Shown here in pieces: positions 1-7,981 of a DNA stretch of 39,058 bases. Made by a program: the position numbers and the translations under genes. The DNA lies in NCBI GenBank assembly GCA_046483495.1, contig JAWODC010000063.1, positions 1-39,058 of the forward strand, read 5' to 3'. The stretch is from Desulfobacterales bacterium. Its GTDB lineage: Bacteria > Desulfobacterota > Desulfobacteria > Desulfobacterales > UBA5616. Within the stretch, counting starts at the first letter, position 1. Every line of letters starts with the position of its first letter. Under the pieces are notes generated by a model, which searched no databases, was not told the DNA's origin, and was given only the letters and a program-made list of their open reading frames with translations.

Positions 1-1
1 G

Positions 2-244
2 TTTTTGGGGCGCGAAATGACGGAAACACGGGATTTCAGCGAACAGACGGCACGCGTCATCGATGAGGAAGTAAAGAAAATCATAAAAAACATGGAGGAC
101 CGGTCCATCGGAATTTTGCGGGACAACCAGGATGCGCTGGTGAGTCTTGCCGAAGCACTGATGAAAAAAGAAACCCTTATGAAGGATGAAATCGATGAGG
201 CGATCAAGAAAGAGAAGCCGTCCGCGGCTGCCTTCAGTGCATGA
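2..244 (+). CDS. ftsH: ATP-dependent zinc metalloprotease FtsH, C-terminal fragment (5' end outside window)
   Basis: FLGREM...DFSEQTARVIDEEVKKII...LAEALMKKETL is the typical peptidase M41 C-terminus; frame is open from the window edge. Confidence 0.88.
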   Translation, partial: FLGREMTETRDFSEQTARVIDEEVKKIIKNMEDRSIGILRDNQDALVSLAEALMKKETLMKDEIDEAIKKEKPSAAAFSA

Positions 245-261
245 TCTTTGCCCGTAAAGCG

Positions 262-3200
262 TTATTTTTTTCCGTAAACGGCGTAATATGTCACCGGCAC
301 TACCAGCAAGGTAAACGGGGTTGATGCCAGCAGACCGAAAATCAGAGCCCATGCCAGACCTGAGAAAATAGGATCCAGGGTGATGGGCCAGACGCCCAAA
401 GCGGTTGTAGCCGCCGTTAACAAAATGGGACGCATGCGAATCGCGCCGCTTTGAAGGATTGCTTCCGTGAGGTCCATGCCCCCTTTCATGGCGTCCTGTA
501 TGAATTCGATGAGGACTAAGGAATTTCGAATAACGATGCCGCCTAAAGCGATCATGCCGATCATGCTGGTGGCGGTGAAAAAAACCAGGTCCCGATACCC
601 GCCGACCATTTCGCCCTTGAGAAGATTGAGCAGCCAGAAACCCGGCATAATGCCGATCAGGGTGAGCGGAATGGCCATCATGATCAGGATCGGCATAAAA
701 AAAGAACCGGTTTGCATGATCATCAAGATGTAAATGCCCAGCATTGCGGCTGCAAAGGCGATGCCCATGTCCCGGAATACCCGAAGGGTGATCTTCCATT
801 CCCCTTCTCCTGCCCAAACCGCCCGAATGCCCGGGGGCAGGGGCTTTTTCGCCAATTGTTTCTGCATATCCAGAATCGCTTCGGCAGGCGCCCTTCCGGC
901 GACTTCCGCGATGACATAGACCACTTGCTCGAGGTTCTTGTGAAAAATTGTTTGATTCTCGATATCGCGATGAATCGTCACCAATTCCGCAAGAGGAACC
1001 CATTTGCCTTCCGCCGTAGTCATGGGGATCTGGGTAAGGGCCGACATCTGGCTTCGGCTGTGACGGGGCAATATGATTTTTACATGCAGAGGCTGCCGTT
1101 CTCCGGGTTCGTGGACGGTAGCCGGCGTTTCCCCGCTGACGGCTGTTTTCAAGGCGCTTACCACATCGAAGGTGGAAACCCCGTGAAGCGCCGCCTTTTC
1201 TTTATCGACAACGACAGTGTACCGATAAAACCGCGTCTCGGCCATATCGTCGACATCGACGACATTGGGCTCTTTTTCCATGATGTCCTTGATGTGGTCG
1301 GCCGCCGCGACAAGCCGACCGTAGGAAACATCCGGTGATCCGTAAAGCTCGGTGACAATTGTGGCCAATACCGGGGGTCCGGGCGGCACTTCCACGAGCT
1401 GAATCGTTGTGTTATGCCGCCGGGCGATATCCGCCAGATCCTTTCTCACCCGCAGTGCAATCGCATGGCTCTGCTGTTCCCGTCGGTTCTTCAGCGCCAA
1501 CCCGATGCGGATATCGGCCTGGTGGGCTCCCCGGCGCAAATAATAGTGCCGAACCATGCTGTTGAAATCGATCGGTGAATGTGTTCCCGCATAGGATACA
1601 AAATAGGTGATTTCATTGACGCCGCGGAGATAATCCTCGAACTCCCGGATTACGGCATCCGTGACCGGAAGCGGCGTTCCTTCAGGCATGTCGATCACCA
1701 GTTGGAATTCATTCTTGTTGTCGAACGGAAGCATTTTCAATGGGACCATCCGGAACAGCACGAGAGCAGCCGAAAACATCAGAAGTATCACAATGGCTGC
1801 CAACAGCAGGTATCGCAGCTTGCGTGATGCCAGAAAGGGGCCTGCGAGCCGGCTGTAAAGCTTGAAAATGGTGTTGGATTGCTCTTGTGACGATTTCCGG
1901 GCGATCGGTCGATTTTTCAGAAGGGAGTAGGTCATCCAGGGAACAATGGTAAGGGCGCAGATCGTGGAATACGTTACGGTCAGGGGAACGTTCGCAGCCA
2001 TCGGCGCCATATACGGGCCCATCATACCGGTGATAAAGAAGAGGGGGACAAAAGAAACAATAATGGCTATGGTGGAGATGATTACCGGCGGGAGCACTTC
2101 TTGCACCCCGTACAAGGTGGCGGCAAAAGGATTCCGGCGTCCCATGAAGATGTGCCGCTGAATATTGTCCACATTGGTGATGGGGTCATCGACGACAAGA
2201 CCGAGCGACAGAATCAGTGCGAAAAGCGTCACACGGTTAATGGTATACCCGAGCAGGTAATTCGTGAAAAGCGCCAGGCTGAAGCTGACCGGAACGGCCA
2301 CGGCAACGACGAAAGCTTCGCGGCGGCCGAGCGTGAATACCAGAAGCGCTACAACCGTCAGAATGGCAAACCCCAGGGAACTCAACAGGTTGTTCACCTT
2401 TTCCTGGGCGGTGTAGCCGTAATTCCGGGTAACGGCTACCGATACGTCAGCCGGTATTATGGTTTTTTTCAGCTCCTCGAGCTTTTCAAGTATATTTTTA
2501 GACACATCAACGGCGTTGGATCCGCGCTTTTTGGCGAGCGCCAATGTGACGGAAGGGTATTCCAGCGGTTCGTCCTGCATGCGGTGATCTGTGCGGTACC
2601 GGTGGGAAAAGCCGATTCGCGTGTAGTACTCGGCCTCTTCGGGACCGTCCGTGACCTCGGCGATGTCGCGCAGGTATACCGGTCTTCCTTTATAGACACC
2701 GACCACCAGTTTTTTGACATCTTCCACCGAATGGAGAAATGTGTCGGTGGCGATTCTGAACCGTGAATTGAACCGGTCGATGTGGCCGGCGGTAACCGCT
2801 GCATCCGAGCCTTTCAGCGCCTGGGTTACCTGACCGAGTGACATATGGTACCCGACCATTTTTTCGGGCAGAAGCTCCACCCGTATTTCGCGGCTTCTAC
2901 CCCCGATAATGTAAGTGCGGCTTATGTTTTCAATCTTCGAGAGCTGCCACAGGACTTCTTCCCCGATCCGGCGCAGCTGATAATCATTATATCGGTCGGA
3001 ATAAAGCGCCAGGTTCACGATGGGCACATCGTCTATTTCCACCGGTTTGATCACCCACCCGCGAACGATATCCGGCACCTGGTCGATGTGCATGGTGATC
3101 TGATTGTGAAGCTTGACCAGGGAGTCTTCCCGGTCTTCACCGACATAAAATCGGACGGTCACGATTGCCGTTTCGTTGAAAGACATCGAATAGACGTACT

Positions 3201-3465
3201 CGACACCCTGTATTTGCCACAGCAGCTGTTCAAGAGGGGTTGCAACGAGCTTTTCGATCTCCTCCGGACCGGCGCCGGGCGCCTGGACATAAACATCGGC
3301 CAGGGGTACGATGATCTGAGGGTCCTCTTCCCGGGGGGTAATCATGACGGCGGCGATGCCGAGACAAAATGAGACGATCAGAAAAACAATAGTGGGCTTT
3401 CCGTGCAAAAAGGGTTTGACGATCCGAGCAATCAGGCCTCCCGGCACTTCCCCATTATTCGACAT
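262..3465 (-). CDS. RND efflux permease (AcrB/AcrD/AcrF family)
   Basis: 1067 aa; PREEDPQI, TM4 LGLVVDD and RMRPILLT motifs; two large periplasmic domains; follows MFP and TolC genes. Confidence 0.95.
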   Translation of the reverse strand: MSNNGEVPGGLIARIVKPFLHGKPTIVFLIVSFCLGIAAVMITPREEDPQIIVPLADVYVQAPGAGPEEIEKLVATPLEQLLWQIQGVEYVYSMSFNETAIVTVRFYVGEDREDSLVKLHNQITMHIDQVPDIVRGWVIKPVEIDDVPIVNLALYSDRYNDYQLRRIGEEVLWQLSKIENISRTYIIGGRSREIRVELLPEKMVGYHMSLGQVTQALKGSDAAVTAGHIDRFNSRFRIATDTFLHSVEDVKKLVVGVYKGRPVYLRDIAEVTDGPEEAEYYTRIGFSHRYRTDHRMQDEPLEYPSVTLALAKKRGSNAVDVSKNILEKLEELKKTIIPADVSVAVTRNYGYTAQEKVNNLLSSLGFAILTVVALLVFTLGRREAFVVAVAVPVSFSLALFTNYLLGYTINRVTLFALILSLGLVVDDPITNVDNIQRHIFMGRRNPFAATLYGVQEVLPPVIISTIAIIVSFVPLFFITGMMGPYMAPMAANVPLTVTYSTICALTIVPWMTYSLLKNRPIARKSSQEQSNTIFKLYSRLAGPFLASRKLRYLLLAAIVILLMFSAALVLFRMVPLKMLPFDNKNEFQLVIDMPEGTPLPVTDAVIREFEDYLRGVNEITYFVSYAGTHSPIDFNSMVRHYYLRRGAHQADIRIGLALKNRREQQSHAIALRVRKDLADIARRHNTTIQLVEVPPGPPVLATIVTELYGSPDVSYGRLVAAADHIKDIMEKEPNVVDVDDMAETRFYRYTVVVDKEKAALHGVSTFDVVSALKTAVSGETPATVHEPGERQPLHVKIILPRHSRSQMSALTQIPMTTAEGKWVPLAELVTIHRDIENQTIFHKNLEQVVYVIAEVAGRAPAEAILDMQKQLAKKPLPPGIRAVWAGEGEWKITLRVFRDMGIAFAAAMLGIYILMIMQTGSFFMPILIMMAIPLTLIGIMPGFWLLNLLKGEMVGGYRDLVFFTATSMIGMIALGGIVIRNSLVLIEFIQDAMKGGMDLTEAILQSGAIRMRPILLTAATTALGVWPITLDPIFSGLAWALIFGLLASTPFTLLVVPVTYYAVYGKK

Positions 3466-4612
3466 CCGAAGGCTCCTTCAATTTCACGACTTCGCCGGGG
3501 CCGAGCCCGGATAAAATTTCAACCCTGGTGCCGTAATCCCGGCCGGTTTTTACGTATCGTCGCTGCCAATCAGCGTCTGTCCGAACAAAGACGGTTTCAA
3601 GTTGGCCGATCTCATGGATTGCGGATTTGGGGGCGAGTACGAGGCTGACTTCTCTGTAAGGGATCAGCAATTTGCCGTACATGCCGGGGTACAGGTGGGG
3701 AAGATCCGGCAGCCCTGCTTTTACCAGAAAGGTTCGGGTCTGGGGATCTGCAAAGGGAACCAATTCCTCCACCCGTGCATCGACGATTTTGTCCAGAACA
3801 TCCAGTTTTACCTGCAGAAGCGTACCGGGGCTCACTTTCCGGATTAAGCTTTCCCGGACATACGCTTCAAGACGCAAGCCGCCTTCGGTGCGGATCAAAA
3901 GAAGCGGTTTTCCGGGCTGGGCGAGGTCCCCGGGATCGACAAGCCGCTTCAGTACTTCTCCGCTTTCCGGTGCTTTTATCCGCGTATACCCCTCGGCGAT
4001 TCCGGCTTCCCGGACGATTTCTTCGGCTGCACGGATTCCGGACAGCGCTTCCGCCAATCCTTCTTCAGCACGTTTGAGGCCGGCTTCGGCCTGTAAATGC
4101 TGCGCCTCGGCCTGTTCGAATTCCTGCTGGGTGGCTGCTTCGGCTTCATAGAAGCTTTTGGTTCGGTTATAGGCGGAAGCCGCGGCCCCGTAAGCCGCCT
4201 CGGCTGCGTTAACCGCCTGAACAGCTTGCCCTCTTCTTGCTTTGGCGCTTTGCAAATGCTGTTCGGCCTGGGAAAGCCGCGCCTTCATCTGTCGGTCGTC
4301 CAGTACGACCAGCACCTGCCCCCGGGTAATCCTGTCACCGGCATTGACGTTAACATCCCTAACCAACCCCGAGACCTGGGCCTCGAGGCGCGCCTGGGTT
4401 CTGGGGACCACCGTTCCGACGGCATCCACCCATTCGGTAACCGTTTCCAATTCAGCTCGGGCCGTAATTGCTGAAGAAGCGGCCTTTTTTTCTTCAGGGC
4501 GGGTTTTGCCGGGAGGAATTTTATCTTCGGAGAAGATCCGAAAAATCAAGAGAGCCGCCACTGCCGCAATGACGGCGGCAACTATAGCCGGTTTGCGTCT
4601 TCTTTTTTTCAT
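3455..4612 (-). CDS. RND periplasmic adaptor (membrane fusion protein)
   Basis: Basic N-terminus plus TM anchor, lipoyl-like halves (AQVSGLV...GD; IKAPESG), Ala-rich hairpin, DPQTRTF; start placed at MKKRRRK (ATG 4612). Confidence 0.93.
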   Translation of the reverse strand: MKKRRRKPAIVAAVIAAVAALLIFRIFSEDKIPPGKTRPEEKKAASSAITARAELETVTEWVDAVGTVVPRTQARLEAQVSGLVRDVNVNAGDRITRGQVLVVLDDRQMKARLSQAEQHLQSAKARRGQAVQAVNAAEAAYGAAASAYNRTKSFYEAEAATQQEFEQAEAQHLQAEAGLKRAEEGLAEALSGIRAAEEIVREAGIAEGYTRIKAPESGEVLKRLVDPGDLAQPGKPLLLIRTEGGLRLEAYVRESLIRKVSPGTLLQVKLDVLDKIVDARVEELVPFADPQTRTFLVKAGLPDLPHLYPGMYGKLLIPYREVSLVLAPKSAIHEIGQLETVFVRTDADWQRRYVKTGRDYGTRVEILSGLGPGEVVKLKEPSDVE

Positions 4613-4619
4613 ATCGATT

Positions 4620-6182
4620 TTACTCGTCCAGTGCACTGCCATCCGGATCCGCCCATTTGCCGATGGCCCGTGTCATATCTGCGGCGGCTCTTATTTTCTC
4701 GTAATGAGCGGCGGCGACGCGAATTCGTGCCCGGTTCAGATCGAGCTCGGCTTCCAGATAGCGGGTAATCGTGACCGCCCCCCCTTTATAGTGCCGCTCC
4801 ACCAGGCGGTAAGATTCCTCGGCGCTTATTTCGCTGCTTCGGGCGGCTCGATAGGCGGCTTTGGCCGCCTCGTGGTTCAGATAAGCGGTCTTGACATCCA
4901 TTTTTATGTCTAAAACAGTCTGACGTCCCGCGGCGATCACCTCACGAACCGCGGCTTCTGCCATGTCCACTTTGGCTTCGGTTGAAAATCCGGTAAACAA
5001 ATCCCAGCTCAACATCAGACCCGCCGTCCAGTTCTCCCGGTTGCGATGAAAATCGAGATCAGGGTCATCCAGGTAGTATTTTCCCTGCAAATCGATGCGC
5101 GGCAGATATTCAGCCCTGGCGACATCGACTTCCATACGGGAGGCGGCTATTCGCCGCCTGATCTTGTCGAGTTCGGGCCGGTTGGCCAGTGCGTAGAAAA
5201 CTCCTTTTTCATAAGTGTCGGGTAGGTCCGGTGCCATTTGGTCCGGCTCGACGAATTGTTCCGTTGAATCGGTCAACACGGATGGATCCAATCCCATGAG
5301 GTTGGCCAGAGCGGCCTTTGCCGATTGGAAGTGCTTTCTTGCCCTGACGATGTTTTCTTTCGATTCAGCCAACCGGACGTTTAAGGACAAAACATCGGAT
5401 TTTAGTGCGCCGCCGCCCTCATATCGGACCTGCATGATTCTCAGCTGTTCGGAAACCGTTTTTTTGGATTCTTCGGCGATTTGGATGTATTTTTCGGCCT
5501 CGAGTACATTGTAAAACGCCTGAATGACCCGGGCGGTCAATAGGTTTACGGCGGATTTTCTATCCGTAAGCGAAATGCGCACCTCCTGTTTTGCTATTTG
5601 GACTGCCAGGTAATCTCTGCCTCCGTTGAAAAGATTCATTTGCACTCCGGTTCCTGTTTCATAGTTTTCGAACCATCCGGGATCATTGAAATCGGCATTC
5701 GGGGGGAGCATGCGCTGATCGATTTTCTTGAACAGATAGGCGGAAGGGGCGTCTCCCTGCATGTACTCGAAGTAGACGTTCAGCTGTGGCCGGAAGGCGG
5801 CATTCGCAAGCGCCTGCATGGCTTTCGACCGCTCGATTCGAAAGGCGGTCTGTTCCAGGTTGTTGTTGTTGGCATGGGCGATGGAAAGGGATTGGGAAAG
5901 CGTCAGGGGGAAAATCAAGCCGGTTTCCGCATCTTTTTTCGACAGACATCGATTTTCCGTCTCGTAAAGACGGGATGGTGCAGCTGGGGGCTGTTCGTGC
6001 CCTCCGTATTCCAGGCATACGGCCTCAACTGAATAGGTGTCGTTTTTCGGCAAAGCTGCGCATCCGGTGCAGACCAAAAGCACCGCCGGCAATACGATTC
6101 CGAGTAAACCCGAAAAATTCATCATAAGCCTTGCTCCACAAAAGGCTGCGGAACCTTTTTTAAGTTCCGAAACGTTTTTCAC
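4620..6182 (-). CDS. TolC-family outer membrane efflux protein, probable lipoprotein
   Basis: OEP repeats (ALANRPEL, AEYLPRIDL, RYEGG/HYKGG), lipobox-like CTGC; alternative start ATG 6125. Confidence 0.92.
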   Translation of the reverse strand: MKNVSELKKGSAAFCGARLMMNFSGLLGIVLPAVLLVCTGCAALPKNDTYSVEAVCLEYGGHEQPPAAPSRLYETENRCLSKKDAETGLIFPLTLSQSLSIAHANNNNLEQTAFRIERSKAMQALANAAFRPQLNVYFEYMQGDAPSAYLFKKIDQRMLPPNADFNDPGWFENYETGTGVQMNLFNGGRDYLAVQIAKQEVRISLTDRKSAVNLLTARVIQAFYNVLEAEKYIQIAEESKKTVSEQLRIMQVRYEGGGALKSDVLSLNVRLAESKENIVRARKHFQSAKAALANLMGLDPSVLTDSTEQFVEPDQMAPDLPDTYEKGVFYALANRPELDKIRRRIAASRMEVDVARAEYLPRIDLQGKYYLDDPDLDFHRNRENWTAGLMLSWDLFTGFSTEAKVDMAEAAVREVIAAGRQTVLDIKMDVKTAYLNHEAAKAAYRAARSSEISAEESYRLVERHYKGGAVTITRYLEAELDLNRARIRVAAAHYEKIRAAADMTRAIGKWADPDGSALDE

Positions 6183-6295
6183 TGCATCCTGAAGCGTCGG
6201 CGTCTGCTTTAAAACGGCCGATCACCATGTAAAGCAGCGTTAGATTGTATAGAGGTGTATGCAAGATATGGTCGGCAGGTCATGTCATGGGTTTA

Positions 6296-6324
6296 TTTTT
6301 ACCATATTGTCGGGGTCTTGTAAA
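6296..6324 (-). promoter_or_regulatory. putative sigma70 promoter of the tolC-MFP-RND operon
   Basis: TTTACA-N17-TAAAAA with extended TG; a half-match to the 18-bp motif (ATAGGTTACTCTGCGGTT, 6324-6341) abuts the -35. Confidence 0.5.
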
Positions 6325-6350
6325 TAGGTTACTCTGCGGTTTGGCCGGAG

Positions 6351-6387
6351 ACTTCCATCGCGCACCGAGTCACTCGCAGATGGAAGC
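6351..6387. terminator. stem-loop downstream of the superoxide reductase gene
   Basis: CTTCCATC (6352-6359) and GATGGAAG (6379-6386) enclose an inner CGAGT/ACTCG stem; no clear U-tract. Confidence 0.35.
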
Positions 6388-6417
6388 CCCATAAGCTTCC
6401 GGCGGCAAGCTCGTAAA

Positions 6418-6813
6418 TTAACCGATGGATATCGCCTTATTGTTTTGCCACAGTCCATGAATATTGCAGTATGAAGAGGCGAAAAGGGTGCCCGGCTTTG
6501 CGGTTTTCATGGAAACCGTAGCCGAATGATGCGTATACGCCGGTCCCTTGTCCGCACCTTCCACCGATTCCCCATGCGCGCAAAACTCGACGTTGGCGAT
6601 CTGATAAGGAAACTTGCCACCTTCCGGGTGAAAATAGAGTTGTATCCACCGGATGTGGTGCTCGGTGGTGTTGGGATGGGCGACTTCCTTTCCAAGGGTT
6701 ACGGTGACGTTAAAAAATTCATCAGCTTTCACCTGGTCCGGACATTCGATGACCGGAACATGCTTTTCCGACTTCCAGTCTGCGCTTTGAAACAAATCAC
6801 CAAATTTTTCCAT
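6418..6813 (-). CDS. sor: superoxide reductase, 1Fe/neelaredoxin (class II SORL) type
   Basis: EKHVP, HPNTTEHHIRWI and CNIHG iron ligands; no desulforedoxin domain; AGGAG RBS. Confidence 0.93.
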   Translation of the reverse strand: MEKFGDLFQSADWKSEKHVPVIECPDQVKADEFFNVTVTLGKEVAHPNTTEHHIRWIQLYFHPEGGKFPYQIANVEFCAHGESVEGADKGPAYTHHSATVSMKTAKPGTLFASSYCNIHGLWQNNKAISIG

Positions 6814-6938
6814 GTCGTTTTCTCCTTTAGTTGTAAGGTTTTGTGAACAAAACGGTTCCTATGCAGCACCAACATTCAATCCGGTTGCCGGAAACCATCC
6901 AACACGCATCGATTTTATCCGGAAACCGGCGAAAATAA

Positions 6939-6956
6939 ATACGTAAAATCCCCTAA
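6939..6956 (-). promoter_or_regulatory. 18-bp regulon motif upstream of sor
   Basis: TTAGGGGATTTTACGTAT, overlapping the first base of TTTATT-N16-TAAAAT (6939-6912). Confidence 0.6.
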
Positions 6957-7007
6957 TCGGAATCGACCACACGATTAGCGAAACCTGCGGCAAAAGGGAT
7001 GCCGGTT

Positions 7008-7964
7008 TCAACAAAACAGGTTCACACTGTAAAACCCATCTTTGTCCAACCATTGCTTAATGAGCTTTACGCCTGCGTTTTCGGCGAGCTGCATGATTTC
7101 TGCAATGCTGTATTTGCAGGAGCGTTCATTGAAAATTCGCTCTTCCGCCCGCAGCGGCAGCTCCAGTCCGAAATCATCGATTGCGATCCACTGATCACAT
7201 TTGCTGATGATGTACGCGTTGATACTTCCGGTCACTCGATCATAAAATGAGCGGTGATAAAAATTGCACGGATTGAAATTTGCGCCGAACTCTCTGTTGA
7301 ACCTTTCCAGGCAATTGAGATGATATCGGCTGGTAATGCCTCGGGAGTCATTGTATGCGTTTTCAAGAATTCGGGAATTCTTGCGCAGGTCGACGCCGAT
7401 GAGCAGACCGTCTCCCGGAACCATGCGCCGCTTTACCTCTTTTAAAAATTCAGCCGCCTCTTTTTTGTCGAAATTTCCGATACTGCTGCCCAGCCAGAGA
7501 ATTAATTTCGGTCCGGATATGTCTTTCAGGTAGTCGAGGCTGTCGAAATAATCGCCGCAGCATGCTGTTATCACCAGGTCACGATACATGCGGCAAAGCT
7601 TTCGTGATGTTTCCATCAATATATCTTTGGAGATGTCGACGGGGTAGTACCGCAATTCCGACTGCCGCTTCAGCCAGCTATCGATAAGAATCCGGGTTTT
7701 TCCGGCATTTCCGCTCCCGAGCTCGACCACGGCACACTCGTTCTCGAATAAGGAGGCGATTTCTTCGGCGTATTCGTTGAGGATTTCAACTTCTTTGCGG
7801 GTCAAGTAATATTCAGGAAGGCTGCAGATCTGTTCATAGAGTCGCGAGCCTTGCTCGTCATAAATAAAAAAGGAGGGAATACATTTGGGATCGGACAAAA
7901 GACCGTTGCGAAGCTCGGATAGTTGATCGGTGACTGTGCCGTTAAAATCGATGAATCGGTACAT
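7008..7964 (-). CDS. egtD: EgtD-like SAM-dependent amino-acid N-methyltransferase (Methyltransf_33)
   Basis: YDEQGSRLYEQICSLPEYYLTRKE, VELGSG, LGSSIGN, AYND and ERSCKY motifs; start ATG 7964 with AGGAG RBS, or ATG 7985 overlapping the upstream stop (ATGA). Confidence 0.88.
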   Translation of the reverse strand: MYRFIDFNGTVTDQLSELRNGLLSDPKCIPSFFIYDEQGSRLYEQICSLPEYYLTRKEVEILNEYAEEIASLFENECAVVELGSGNAGKTRILIDSWLKRQSELRYYPVDISKDILMETSRKLCRMYRDLVITACCGDYFDSLDYLKDISGPKLILWLGSSIGNFDKKEAAEFLKEVKRRMVPGDGLLIGVDLRKNSRILENAYNDSRGITSRYHLNCLERFNREFGANFNPCNFYHRSFYDRVTGSINAYIISKCDQWIAIDDFGLELPLRAEERIFNERSCKYSIAEIMQLAENAGVKLIKQWLDKDGFYSVNLFC

Positions 7965-7981
7965 GTGAGATCTTGCTCCTG

